A stretch of DNA of 64,000 nt from NCBI GenBank assembly GCA_965216465.1, contig CBDCFW010000006.1:1184001-1248000 (forward strand), read 5' to 3'. The DNA is from Bacteroidia bacterium (GTDB taxonomy: Bacteria > Bacteroidota > Bacteroidia > NS11-12g > UBA9320). Of the stretch, positions 49,366-59,495 are shown one piece after another (position 1 is the stretch's first letter; each line of letters opens with the position of its first letter). The notes under the pieces are model-generated. The model had not been told where the DNA came from and made no database searches. It was given only the letters and a program-made list of their open reading frames with translations. The position numbers and the translations under genes were made by a program.

Positions 49366-51438
49366 TTAGTTCGATACTTGCTTATTTGGAGCAGGCCTTA
49401 GGTCTAGGAATCGTGTTTTGTATCCTGCTTGACCATGGGCTAAACTTCTTAGTTGTGTTGATAAACCTACGGTTTCAACCTTAGGGATATGGGTGACCAA
49501 CCGGTGATTCTTTCCGTACGTCTCCATACCAATTACAGTGCCTCTTCTAGTTTGAACTTCCGTCATTACATCTCCCAAAGCAGCTTCAGGAACTGTAAGT
49601 ATTACTTCCATTACGGGTTCTAATAATGTTGGTTTTGCATCGCCGATGGCCTCTTTAAATGCGTTATATCCCGCCATTTTGAAAGCCATATCGTTAGAAT
49701 CTACGGAATGCATTTTACCGTCGAATATGATAATTCTTATATCACGAAGAGGTGCACCTGGAACGGCTCCTTGTTCCATGGCTTCGATTACACCTTTTTT
49801 AATACTTGGTATAAACCGCGTGTCGATAACACCTCCAACAATAGCGTTAATTACTTCAAGTTTACCTCCCCATGGAAGTTCAGATAGCTCTTGGCCTCTA
49901 ATGCTATAACCTTGTGGTGGGGCAATGCCTTCAAACCAGGGTTCAATTTTCATTTTGACCTCAGCAAATTGGCCGGATCCTCCTGATTGCTTTTTATGAC
50001 GGTAACTGCCTATCGTTGATCGAGATATAGTTCCTCTATAAGCAATTTTTGGTGCACTGAATTCTACATTAAGTTTAAATTCATTTTGCAGTATCCAACT
50101 GTTCACATCGAGTTGAAGTTCACCTTGACAACCAATTAACATTTGGTGTTGTTCTCCGTCGAAGCTATAGCGGAAGCTTGGATCTTGTTCTTGTAAGCGT
50201 TTTAAAGCCGCAGCGACTTTTTCTTGATCAGCTTGGTCAACCGCTTTTACCGCTTTTGAAATTCTGTCTTCAGGGTAAGGTGTAGGCTCCAATGGTTCTC
50301 CTACTCCGCCTACAGACAAAGTGTGGCTGTGTTCTGCTTCCTTTAGTTTGAGTACAGCACCAATATCTCCGGCTCTCAGCTCGTTAACCGCTTCGCGACT
50401 TTTTCCATCCATTGAATAGAGTTGACCAAGAGATTCTTCTGGTCTTCCATCAACACTCAGATTGGTAACACGATCACCTGTTCTGAGGGTTCCGCTGATA
50501 ACCTTAAAGTGGCTTACCTTACCTAAATTGGGTTCATAAGCAGTTTTATAGATAAACATACTTGCAGGTCCATCTGATGAATGGTGAGGGGGCATATCAA
50601 TTGGACTAGGGGCCACAAAATCGATAAAGCCCATTAGTCGACCACTGCCCATATCACGTTTAGCAGATAGGCAGAATACCGGGAAAATTTCATGGTTGAT
50701 CATGCCGATTTTTAAACCTTCTCTTAGCTCATCTTCGGTAAGTGTGCCTTGTTCTAAATAATGGTCTAGCAATTCTTCTTTGTTTGAAGCTGCCGCTTCA
50801 ACAATTTCTTTATGCATTTCTTCGGCTTTTACCAAGAATTGATCAGGAATTGGGAGCTTTTCAGGTTTACCGCCTTTATCATTAAACCGGTAAAGCTTCA
50901 TCGTTAAAGCATCAACTATTTCATGGAAATTTGATCCTTCCTGAACAGGGAATTGCAACGGAAGTACTCGACTACCAAAAAAGTCGTTGATGGACGCCAA
51001 GGTATCTGCCCAATTGGATTGCGGATGGTCAAGTTGATTTACCGCAAGCACAACGGGTTTTTTCATGGTGTCAATTGAATGCCAAAGAACTTCAGTACTG
51101 ACTTCAACTCCTTTTTGTGCATTTACGAGCATTACCGCAGTATCTGCAATGCGAATCGCGTTAAGTGCTTCGCCGATAAAGTCGTCAACACCGGGAGCGT
51201 CGAGCATATTAATCTTATAATGCTTCCAATCAACATGAAGAGGGGTTGTGTAAACAGATATGCCTTTTTCTTTTTCAACATCATGGTAATCTGACACTGT
51301 GGAACCGGCTTCAATAGTTCCAAGTCTTGAAATTTGACCAGCCTCCAGATGCATCGCCTCTGCGAGTGTGGTCATACCGGCTTTGGAAGCTCCAACCAAA
51401 GCAATGTTTTTGATGTGTTTATCGTCGTATGATCTCAT
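49366..51438 (-). CDS. fusA2: Elongation factor G paralog (EF-G2)
   Basis: IKNIALVG, TVSDY, DAPG, GELQL, HKKQSGGSGQF, DGKMHSVDS, LLEP. ATG at 51438. Confidence 0.9.
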   Translation of the reverse strand: MRSYDDKHIKNIALVGASKAGMTTLAEAMHLEAGQISRLGTIEAGSTVSDYHDVEKEKGISVYTTPLHVDWKHYKINMLDAPGVDDFIGEALNAIRIADTAVMLVNAQKGVEVSTEVLWHSIDTMKKPVVLAVNQLDHPQSNWADTLASINDFFGSRVLPLQFPVQEGSNFHEIVDALTMKLYRFNDKGGKPEKLPIPDQFLVKAEEMHKEIVEAAASNKEELLDHYLEQGTLTEDELREGLKIGMINHEIFPVFCLSAKRDMGSGRLMGFIDFVAPSPIDMPPHHSSDGPASMFIYKTAYEPNLGKVSHFKVISGTLRTGDRVTNLSVDGRPEESLGQLYSMDGKSREAVNELRAGDIGAVLKLKEAEHSHTLSVGGVGEPLEPTPYPEDRISKAVKAVDQADQEKVAAALKRLQEQDPSFRYSFDGEQHQMLIGCQGELQLDVNSWILQNEFKLNVEFSAPKIAYRGTISRSTIGSYRHKKQSGGSGQFAEVKMKIEPWFEGIAPPQGYSIRGQELSELPWGGKLEVINAIVGGVIDTRFIPSIKKGVIEAMEQGAVPGAPLRDIRIIIFDGKMHSVDSNDMAFKMAGYNAFKEAIGDAKPTLLEPVMEVILTVPEAALGDVMTEVQTRRGTVIGMETYGKNHRLVTHIPKVETVGLSTQLRSLAHGQAGYKTRFLDLRPAPNKQVSN

Positions 51439-51696
51439 GGTTGCTACATGTTTTAAAGTTTGCGTGCAAGGTAGAGCAAACAAGTGTGTGGAGACTTGAA
51501 GATGCTCAACTTCTTGTATGATTTTGATTCGGGCCATACAATTTAGTAATTTTTGACCAATTTGCAGCGTATGTGATGTAAAATATCAATGGGAGTAATC
51601 ATAGCAGAGAGCAAGTTATATCAGTGATTATAATGACGCATATCACTTATGCGGTTCGAACTTGAGTGAACCTTTGTAGTATAATTTTGAATTAAA

Positions 51697-52980
51697 ATGG
51701 TCAACTATCACCGAGCAACAGCAGACGAAGCATTGCGCCTGCTTCAATCCGATCAAAATGTCTTCATTCACTCTGCAGTTGCTGCCCCTCAGTTACTTAT
51801 AAATGCAATGGTTGCTGCAGCACCTCGACTAAAAAATGTAAAAATATATCATTTACATACCAATTCAGAGGCTCCTTATGTGCAACCTGAGTATGAAGGA
51901 ATATTCGAAGTGAATTCCCTTTTTATTGGCGGAAATGTGAGAAAGGCAACGTGGGAAGGACGAGCTAATTTTATTCCCGTTTTTTTAAGTGATATTCCTT
52001 ATTTGTTTAGAAGCGGAAAGATTAAGCTCGATGTTGCATTGATTCAAGTGTCTCCTCCTGACAAGCACGGTTACTGCTCAATGGGTACTAGTGTTGATGC
52101 ATCTAGGGCTGCTATGCAGACTGCTAAAATAGTAATTGCTCAGGTGAATAAACATATGCCTAGAACACATGGAGATGGGCTTATTCATTATAGTGAAATT
52201 GATGCTATGGTTGATGGAGATTCTCCACTACCAGAAGTTATTCTTCCCGAACCTAACCCGATTGAAGACCGAATCGGCGAGCATGTTGCCGCATTAATTG
52301 AAGATGGTTCAACACTTCAAATGGGTATAGGTACCATACCGAATTCAGTCTTAACTAAGCTTAATGGCCATAAAGATCTAGGAATTCACACAGAGATGTT
52401 TAGTGATGGGGTAATTCCCCTCGTTGAATCAGGTGTAATAAACAATCGCCTAAAGGCCGTTCACCCTGGGAAAATTGTTTCTGGATTTGTAATGGGCTCT
52501 CAGAAATTGTATGATTTTATTGATGACAATCCTTTAGTAAACATGCTTGATATTGCTTATGTAAACGACGTTAGAACCATAAGGAAAAACCCAAAAGCGG
52601 TTTCAATAAACAGTGCAATTGAAGTGGATTTAACCGGGCAAGTGTGTGCTGACTCTATAGGTTCTCGATTTTACAGTGGGGTAGGTGGTCAGATGGACTT
52701 TATACGTGGGGCATCCTTATCTCCTGGAGGTAAACCCATTATAGCACTACCTTCCAGAACACTAAAAGGTGGGCGTAAAATTGTTTCCATTCTTAAACCT
52801 GGGGCAGGAGTAGTAACAACTAGAGCTCACGTACATTATGTAGCAACGGAATATGGCGTAGCAGACCTTTACGGCAAGCCAATCAAGCAAAGAATAAAAG
52901 AGATGATTGAAATAGCTCATCCTGACGATCAAGAGCAACTCGATGAAGAAGCTTTCTCAATTTATCGACTTCACCATTAA
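51697..52980 (+). CDS. Acetyl-CoA hydrolase/4-hydroxybutyrate CoA-transferase family
   Basis: VSPPDKHGYCS, LQMGIG.IP, LGIHTEMFSDG, SGVGGQMDF, TEYGVA. Confidence 0.92.
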   Translation: MVNYHRATADEALRLLQSDQNVFIHSAVAAPQLLINAMVAAAPRLKNVKIYHLHTNSEAPYVQPEYEGIFEVNSLFIGGNVRKATWEGRANFIPVFLSDIPYLFRSGKIKLDVALIQVSPPDKHGYCSMGTSVDASRAAMQTAKIVIAQVNKHMPRTHGDGLIHYSEIDAMVDGDSPLPEVILPEPNPIEDRIGEHVAALIEDGSTLQMGIGTIPNSVLTKLNGHKDLGIHTEMFSDGVIPLVESGVINNRLKAVHPGKIVSGFVMGSQKLYDFIDDNPLVNMLDIAYVNDVRTIRKNPKAVSINSAIEVDLTGQVCADSIGSRFYSGVGGQMDFIRGASLSPGGKPIIALPSRTLKGGRKIVSILKPGAGVVTTRAHVHYVATEYGVADLYGKPIKQRIKEMIEIAHPDDQEQLDEEAFSIYRLHH

Positions 52981-52991
52981 CTCAGGATCAC

Positions 52992-53765
52992 CTAAATTAT
53001 CCCAGCTCCCATTAGGATTGCCAAAATGATAATCATGATACTAACGGTGACATGAACAAAGTTAATGGTTACTTTTTTGAGGAGTCTTTTGCCAAAAAAT
53101 GCTCCCGCAAAAGCAGATAACACAGCCGCTGTCAGCAGTCCGATGTTTTCTTCAATACCTATGTTTGAGAATCGAGTGAAGTAAACAGAAATTCTTGAAA
53201 TGTCGACTACAGATGCAATCATTACCCCAGTTGCAATGAAGGCCTCTTTTGATAATCCATACTTGATCAAAAAAGCACTTCTCAAGGCTCCTTGATGACC
53301 TGAAATTCCACCAAAAAAGCCACTAATAGCTCCACCTAAGAATAACTTATTTTCTGAAAATTGAAGGTTTTTGTAAAAGGGTACAAATTCCACAATCGCA
53401 AAAAAGGCCATGAGTATGGCTACGGCAAGTTTTACAGGAGTAATAACACAAAGTCTCGAGCCAATATAGTAGCGGGTGATTTCGCTGCCTTCTGTAAAAT
53501 ACATTAAAAGCCAGGCTCCCAAGAGGGCTCCTACAATTGCGGGGGCTCCAAATTTAAATACCACTCTCCACGCAGCCTGTTTTCCAACAATTGCCATTTT
53601 AAATAGGTTATTGAGTAGATGTACTATTCCCGTCAGTGCAATAGCGACTTCAACAGGGAAAAACAGAGCTAAGACCGGCATGAGAATAGTGCCCAGGCCA
53701 AATCCAGAAAAGAAAGTTAAAAAAGATGCAAAGAGTGCAGCTATACAAACGAGAACTATTTCCAT
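52992..53765 (-). CDS. TauE/SafE (TSUP) family exporter
   Basis: FFSGFGLG, SGFFGGISGHQG; about 8 TM helices. Confidence 0.87.
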   Translation of the reverse strand: MEIVLVCIAALFASFLTFFSGFGLGTILMPVLALFFPVEVAIALTGIVHLLNNLFKMAIVGKQAAWRVVFKFGAPAIVGALLGAWLLMYFTEGSEITRYYIGSRLCVITPVKLAVAILMAFFAIVEFVPFYKNLQFSENKLFLGGAISGFFGGISGHQGALRSAFLIKYGLSKEAFIATGVMIASVVDISRISVYFTRFSNIGIEENIGLLTAAVLSAFAGAFFGKRLLKKVTINFVHVTVSIMIIILAILMGAGII

Positions 53766-53796
53766 TGATAAAGCTACAAATTAAGCCAAATTTTGT

Positions 53797-54621
53797 TTAC
53801 GGTTTTCGCTCTAAAATTCGTTGAGCGGATCGCTCAAGTGCATCAATATTGGTATGAATCGAGCCATATTGTGTTATGGTGTCTACATCTTGGGCTTCAG
53901 CCATTATCAAAACAAATGCTGTGTCTTCTTGTGCTTGAAGCAAGAGACTACCCGTATTTTCTTCTAGGATAGAAAGATGGTACAAGGGGACATCTTCACT
54001 ATGTAACGACAATTTGCCTCTTCTCGGAAAGACAAATCCACGATTTTGCCCATTCGGTGTTGCAAGTTCAAAGTTTTCGCCTGCTTTGAGTTGAACGTCT
54101 AAGTAGGTGACATTTATAGGGATGTTAAGTGGAGATGTAACTCCGTTGTATTCACCTGCGATAACTTTTACATTACCAACTTGGGGAAGATCATCTGGCT
54201 GAGCATTGTTATACTCAGGTTGGCCTTCTTCGAGATGAGGTGGAAGCTGAAACCACAACTGGTGTATAGTAAACTCCCATTCTTCAGGAGCTCCTTCAGG
54301 TCTTGAATAACCTTCTGAATGCCAAATTCCTCCGCCAGAATTAACCCATTGGGCTCCACCATCTTTAATTATTCCTCCTTCACTGGCACTGTCTTGGTGA
54401 AGAATGTCAGTACCTTCTACATAGGTGATAATTCCTATGCCAGAATGCGGGTGCATTCCGATGCTGAATCCCTCGTCTGTTCGTTTGGAAGATCCAGCAT
54501 CGAAAAAAACAATTGGATTCAACTCTTTGCGAACTTCTGGTCCTAAGATGTATTGAAATCCATTTTTAGGACTTTGTAATCGCTTTATTTTTCGTTTTTC
54601 CTCCATTGTGTGACCCATCAT
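53797..54621 (-). CDS. Pirin family protein
   Basis: GMHPHSG, GGIWHSE, QLWFQLP. Confidence 0.9.
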   Translation of the reverse strand: MMGHTMEEKRKIKRLQSPKNGFQYILGPEVRKELNPIVFFDAGSSKRTDEGFSIGMHPHSGIGIITYVEGTDILHQDSASEGGIIKDGGAQWVNSGGGIWHSEGYSRPEGAPEEWEFTIHQLWFQLPPHLEEGQPEYNNAQPDDLPQVGNVKVIAGEYNGVTSPLNIPINVTYLDVQLKAGENFELATPNGQNRGFVFPRRGKLSLHSEDVPLYHLSILEENTGSLLLQAQEDTAFVLIMAEAQDVDTITQYGSIHTNIDALERSAQRILERKP

Positions 54622-54632
54622 TTTATAATTAA

Positions 54633-55289
54633 TTAGGAACGTGCAACGCTTACGTCGATCGTAAAACCAATGTCGTTAGCAATAAGATAGTCAACTGGAA
54701 CACCAGAAGTACCTTCTGTATTGTAAGAGATTCCCCAAACAGTTCTATCTACTGAAAAGTCTTCAGATTGAATGCTAACTGCATCGTTGGTGATGTCAAC
54801 ATTTGCTAAAAATGTGATGCTCTTTGTAACGTCTTTGATGGTTAAGTTTCCGGTAACTTTGGAGTTATATTCACCGTCGTTTCCTTCAATTTTGGTCATT
54901 TCAAATTTGGTATTTGGGTAGTGCTCAATATCAAAAAAGTCTCCAATTTTAAGGTGTCCTTCAAGCTTGGCTTTTGATTCAGCATCTTCGAAGTTCTCAA
55001 CTGTTAATGACCCCATGTTCATAAGAACAGTTGCATTGGTTAAGGCGTCGTTTTCAACCTTTACTGAGGCATCTGCTAATGAGACTCTTCCCCAACGTTT
55101 TTGCATTCCTCCAAGATGAGAAGCTCTCCAAAAAACGAAGCTCGAATCTTTAACTTGAGCGTATTCGGTTCCGTTTTGATTTTCTGTAGTTGGAACTACT
55201 TCTGCTTGGCCGGCCTCAACTCTGTTTTGGTTGCTGCACGATTGTAAGAATAATCCACCGATTGCGATGGCGATAAATAATTTGTTCAT
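54633..55289 (-). CDS. YceI family lipoprotein
   Basis: Lipobox LQSC; GHLK..DFFD...YP, GNLTIKDVTK, DRT.WG. Confidence 0.9.
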   Translation of the reverse strand: MNKLFIAIAIGGLFLQSCSNQNRVEAGQAEVVPTTENQNGTEYAQVKDSSFVFWRASHLGGMQKRWGRVSLADASVKVENDALTNATVLMNMGSLTVENFEDAESKAKLEGHLKIGDFFDIEHYPNTKFEMTKIEGNDGEYNSKVTGNLTIKDVTKSITFLANVDITNDAVSIQSEDFSVDRTVWGISYNTEGTSGVPVDYLIANDIGFTIDVSVARS

Positions 55290-55307
55290 GATTTTTATAA
55301 GTAATTT

Positions 55308-56162
55308 TTATTTAAGTTGGCTCCAGTCTTGTTTTGAAGCCCATTGTTCAAATGATGATAAATTGTATTTTGAAAGTTCTTGTAAATCAGCCGAGTAGCC
55401 TGTGTCGATAAACCATTCGTACATCAATGCTAAATCTTCGCTAAAACTTCTAATGTTGTCTGGACTGAATCCATTGTATGCAATTGGTTTGCCGATAACT
55501 TTCGATAAGGTTGCCGCAACATCTTGACCTGAAATTTCGTCTCCGGCAATATCTAACCGCTGACCAAACATATTGTCACGCTCATTAACGGCGATAGCAA
55601 CCATGTTTCCGATATCTTCAACAGCAACTTGCTGTAACACTCGGTCTTCTGGCATGGCCATGGCTAGAACTCCATTCTTAAGCCCTTCCATCGAGTCAGG
55701 AAAGAAGATGTTCTCCATGAAATAAACAGGGGCAATAATGGTATGGTTTAAGCCAATTGATTTGATATGCTCCTCAACTTTAAATTTACTATCGAAGTGA
55801 GGTATGTTAGTATTATTGTTAGCATCTCCAACTGAATTGAAAATGAAATGGCCAACCTGAGCTTCTTTGGCTGCATTCGCCAAGGCAATTCCTTGTTCAG
55901 TTTCGTGTTCTGTTCCTTTTTCGAAAGGTGTGGTTAAGGCGAAAACCGTATCTACATTGCTCATTGCTTCAACAAGCTTTTGGGTGTCTGTAAAATCAAC
56001 AGAGATCATTTCTACCCCTCTGGCTTGTAGTGCTTTTGATTTATCAGAGTCTGTGTTTCTGGTTATTCCTATAACGTGATGCCCATCTCTTAAAAGGGCG
56101 TTAACAACTGAACCACCTTGTTGTCCTGTTGCTCCTGATACTAATACTTTTCGTTGAGTCAT
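55308..56162 (-). CDS. NmrA/HSCARG family NAD(P)-binding protein
   Basis: VSGATGQQGGSV, IPHFDSK..VE, PVYFMEN. Confidence 0.9.
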   Translation of the reverse strand: MTQRKVLVSGATGQQGGSVVNALLRDGHHVIGITRNTDSDKSKALQARGVEMISVDFTDTQKLVEAMSNVDTVFALTTPFEKGTEHETEQGIALANAAKEAQVGHFIFNSVGDANNNTNIPHFDSKFKVEEHIKSIGLNHTIIAPVYFMENIFFPDSMEGLKNGVLAMAMPEDRVLQQVAVEDIGNMVAIAVNERDNMFGQRLDIAGDEISGQDVAATLSKVIGKPIAYNGFSPDNIRSFSEDLALMYEWFIDTGYSADLQELSKYNLSSFEQWASKQDWSQLK

Positions 56163-56212
56163 TGCTTAATTATTGTAGGTACAAAGGTCATGCGTGGTGT
56201 ACCACCTGAAAA

Positions 56213-56244
56213 GGTAGTTTTGAGACCAATTAGGGTAAGTTTAG
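56213..56244 (-). promoter_or_regulatory. Tandem putative AraC site 1 (nmrA promoter)
   Basis: + strand GGTAGTTTTGAG at 56213 and GGTAAGTTTAG at 56234 (period 21). Confidence 0.6.
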
Positions 56245-57638
56245 TCCTGCTTCTTTTTCCAAATTCCTAGAATCAACTTGTAATCTTGAATATAGTCTTG
56301 AAGTATGTTTTTGTTTTCTAAACTTGAATGAGATTCTGTGATATGTTTTTTCATCAATCGTGAGGCATAAATGCCTGCAAGAATGTTCGAAGCAGCTAGG
56401 CCAATAAAGATTCCTATGGTTCCAAACTGCATTCCAATTAGGGTGAGTGGTACGGTAAATACAAGTGATTTTACCAGTGAAATTTTAAACGACTTACCCG
56501 TTAATTCCATTCCATTGAAGATGGCCATCGTAACCAGGCTAAGTGCATAAAGAACATAGCTCAATCCAACACAGTAAAAGTAGTATGCGGTTTGTTGCAC
56601 TACTACAGCATTGTCACTAAATATTCCAGCAATCGGTTTTATAAATATGAAAAGCACCATGGCCACGGCTATACCCAAATAAGTTGATGCCTTTCCGCCA
56701 AATTGAATGGCTTCATCTATTCGCTTATCGGCATTGGCTCCTGAGTTTTGAGCAATGAAAGGGGTAAGAGCGGTGCTTACAGATAAGATTCCAATCATCA
56801 AAAGCATTTCAATTCTACCAGCTACACCAAAGGCTGCAACGGCCATTGATGATTGCTTGGCCAAAAGAAAAGTTACGTAGGTTATCGTGATTGGTCCAAT
56901 AATCTGAGTCGCTATGGTCGGCCCTGAGAGTGAAAAAACCTTTTTAATTATTGTTGAAGTGTTCGCTAGTTTGAGGTGAAGTAACTTGTCTTGAAGCAAG
57001 AGCACAACCATCCCTATAAACAGAAAAATCCATGATATAACCGTAGCTAAGGCAGCTCCTTTAATGCCCAGTTCAAGGAAACCCCATTTTCCAAAAATCA
57101 AGGTGTAGTCAAAAAAGACGTTTAATACGCCTGCAATTCCCATAATTACTTCAGGTTTAGTGATGTTGCCTGATGCTCGAAGAATTCCGCCTGCAACAAT
57201 ACCTGTGTTCAGTAAGGGTATGCCCCAAAATAAGGGCTCAATGTATTGATGAATTAACGGTAAAACAACGTGATCAGCGCCAAGAAATCTAAAGATGGGT
57301 TGAATATTAAAAACAACCAATACCGAAAGAGCGGTAGAGATTATAGCTGTTAGCAATAAGCCATGAATTGCAGTGTCTTTCAATTTATCTTTTTCACCTG
57401 CACCAAACGCTTTACCTACCATAACCGATACTCCAACCGAAAGTCCAATGAACAAACTGACAACGGTAAAGTAGAGTGTAGATGCAAAACTTAAAGCTGC
57501 GAGTGCCTCATGGCCTAGCTTTCCAACAAAGTAGGTGTCGATAATTTGGAATAGAAAGGTTGAGAGCATTCCAAGACCAATAGGGAGGCTCATTAGTCTA
57601 AGAACCTTATTTGTTTTGTCGTGTAATATATCTGCCAT
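56241..57638 (-). CDS. MATE family efflux transporter
   Basis: IDTYFVGKLG..ALAA, LRASGN, GIKGAALAT; about 12 TM helices. Confidence 0.93.
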   Translation of the reverse strand: MADILHDKTNKVLRLMSLPIGLGMLSTFLFQIIDTYFVGKLGHEALAALSFASTLYFTVVSLFIGLSVGVSVMVGKAFGAGEKDKLKDTAIHGLLLTAIISTALSVLVVFNIQPIFRFLGADHVVLPLIHQYIEPLFWGIPLLNTGIVAGGILRASGNITKPEVIMGIAGVLNVFFDYTLIFGKWGFLELGIKGAALATVISWIFLFIGMVVLLLQDKLLHLKLANTSTIIKKVFSLSGPTIATQIIGPITITYVTFLLAKQSSMAVAAFGVAGRIEMLLMIGILSVSTALTPFIAQNSGANADKRIDEAIQFGGKASTYLGIAVAMVLFIFIKPIAGIFSDNAVVVQQTAYYFYCVGLSYVLYALSLVTMAIFNGMELTGKSFKISLVKSLVFTVPLTLIGMQFGTIGIFIGLAASNILAGIYASRLMKKHITESHSSLENKNILQDYIQDYKLILGIWKKKQD

Positions 57639-57680
57639 GATTATGGGTGCAAAGGAGGTCTTGCTGGTTTAATTAAGAAA

Positions 57681-57713
57681 GGTAGAAAATGGTCTAGTAA
57701 AGGTAATTTTGAG
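57681..57713 (-). promoter_or_regulatory. Tandem putative AraC site 2 (MATE promoter)
   Basis: GGTAGAAAATGG at 57681 and GGTAATTTTGAG at 57702 (period 21). Confidence 0.6.
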
Positions 57714-57717
57714 ATGA

Positions 57718-58437
57718 CTACTTGTTCAATTTGATATTGATACCGTACATCAGCATTGAATTCAATTTTTCAGTATCTGGAAATTCTCTGGCATTAAAAA
57801 AGGTGCGGTGACTAAGGTTAACGAAAACCTGTTTAGATATCGGTAACAAAACTTGAATGTTGCTACTTCCACCCCAAATGTTTGAAGGGTTGATTCCATG
57901 AAATGTGCCAACGTTCCAATTTAGTATAGCTTTTTTAAGCTTGTAGTTGACAACAATATCAGTACCAACTGCAGGGGTCTGTATTGGCGACGATTCGATT
58001 GGTTTGAAATGAAAGTATGCAGCATATAGGTTGCTTTTGAAACTTAGTTTGCCATCTAGATTTGGCCTATATCCAACACCTATTCCAGCAAACAGTGATT
58101 GGTCTATGCGATAAGATAGTGCTGTGCCTGCAATGACCTGTGCTGTTCGATAAAACGTTTTGCCTCGATGAAGGTCTACAATTTGGTTAATCCACAAGTC
58201 ATTAATGATTGTGAAATCCTCAACATGTACATAAGTGTAGCTAATGTTAAGGCTGGTATTAAACATTGTATCTGTTGTTACTCTATTAAGCTGTGAGGAT
58301 ACACTTATTTGATTCAAATTTCCTGTTTGATAATTGCCCATTACCGAAGCCTTAAGGTGACTGTGTTTATTTGAATCTTGAGCAAAGCCTTGTAAGAAGG
58401 CCATTAATACTACGATGATGGATGCACTTCGCTTCAT
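57718..58437 (-). CDS. Putative outer-membrane beta-barrel protein (DUF481-like)
   Basis: Signal peptide ending FAQ; GNYQTGN; amphipathic strands ending YGINIKL. Confidence 0.65.
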   Translation of the reverse strand: MKRSASIIVVLMAFLQGFAQDSNKHSHLKASVMGNYQTGNLNQISVSSQLNRVTTDTMFNTSLNISYTYVHVEDFTIINDLWINQIVDLHRGKTFYRTAQVIAGTALSYRIDQSLFAGIGVGYRPNLDGKLSFKSNLYAAYFHFKPIESSPIQTPAVGTDIVVNYKLKKAILNWNVGTFHGINPSNIWGGSSNIQVLLPISKQVFVNLSHRTFFNAREFPDTEKLNSMLMYGINIKLNK

Positions 58438-58477
58438 AATTGGGTGCAAAGCACCGGCTAAAGTGCAAGCCACAAAA

Positions 58478-58510
58478 GGTCAATTTCAGAAAAAAGCGGG
58501 TAATTTTAGG
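58478..58510 (-). promoter_or_regulatory. Tandem putative AraC site 3 (outer-membrane protein promoter)
   Basis: GGTCAATTTCAG at 58478 and GGTAATTTTAGG at 58499 (period 21). Confidence 0.6.
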
Positions 58511-59386
58511 TTAGGATGATGGTGTGTTTTTGAACTCTTTTGGCGACATCCCAGTATGTTTTCTAAAGTATTTGAACATGTTGGTTGGCTCACCAAAATT
58601 AAGTTCGTAGGCAATCATTTTGCTTGATTTATCAGTTCCAAGAAGCTGTCTTTTAATCTCCAAAATTCTTCGCTCGTCAATTACCGATTTCGGTGAGGTT
58701 TTGAAGTAGGTCTTTGAAAGCTCTACCAATTTTTTGGTAGTGACTTGAAGTTTTTCAGCGTAGAACGAAACACTAGTCTCAGATTTAAAGTTATCTTCTA
58801 TCAACTGGCTAAAGGAGAAAACCAGTCTTCCTACATCTCCATCAGCAAATGATGATGCTCCATGCTGCAAATTCCCCATCTTTTCGCAGTGCATAAGAAA
58901 CAAGCAAAGCCAATGGTAAAATTCTTTTGATTTGTTTGCATCAGCAGACTGGTAAGCCTTGTTCATGCCATCACTCAAGCTTTTTAGCAACAACTGGTCT
59001 TTTTCAAAAACGTTTAACTGCTGACGTTCAGGATTGTGAGCACTCGAGAAGAAATTGTACAGGTGTGCTATGTCTTGCTCGTTCTTGTAGACAAATTCAG
59101 GCTTAAAAGTGATGGATTGCATTTCTACCGGTTGTTCAAACTTGTTGAAGTAATGCAATTGGTCTTTCGATAAGAGGATGAGGGTATTGGGTTCAAAAGA
59201 ATATTCTTTGAAATCAACATAATAACTGCCTCTGCCGCTGAGCACCCAAAAAATTACATGGAAATCGCGAATCGAAGGAATGAAGATGTCTTCAGTGGTT
59301 TGTAAGTGGTCGGGTGGGGTTAGAGCAAAGTCTCGGCCTGCACCAATATCACTCGACTTAAAATACTTTACTTCTGATGAATCCAC
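58511..59386 (-). CDS. AraC family transcriptional regulator
   Basis: Cupin (G.GSYYVDF); VSFYAEKL; IAYELNF.EPTNMFKYFRKHTGMSPKEF. Confidence 0.93.
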   Translation of the reverse strand: MDSSEVKYFKSSDIGAGRDFALTPPDHLQTTEDIFIPSIRDFHVIFWVLSGRGSYYVDFKEYSFEPNTLILLSKDQLHYFNKFEQPVEMQSITFKPEFVYKNEQDIAHLYNFFSSAHNPERQQLNVFEKDQLLLKSLSDGMNKAYQSADANKSKEFYHWLCLFLMHCEKMGNLQHGASSFADGDVGRLVFSFSQLIEDNFKSETSVSFYAEKLQVTTKKLVELSKTYFKTSPKSVIDERRILEIKRQLLGTDKSSKMIAYELNFGEPTNMFKYFRKHTGMSPKEFKNTPSS

Positions 59387-59495
59387 AAACAAAGATAATC
59401 ATGCCTGAAATATTTAAGATAGGCTTGAGCCAATTCAAATACTTGCGTTGGGCACGAACAATAACTAAATTCGTAGAAACCTAACCTAATTAATT

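Noticed and set aside
59446-59470. GGCAC resembling a sigma54 -24 element
   Set aside because: There is no correctly spaced TTGC -12 element, and a normal TAAATTCG -7 box follows.
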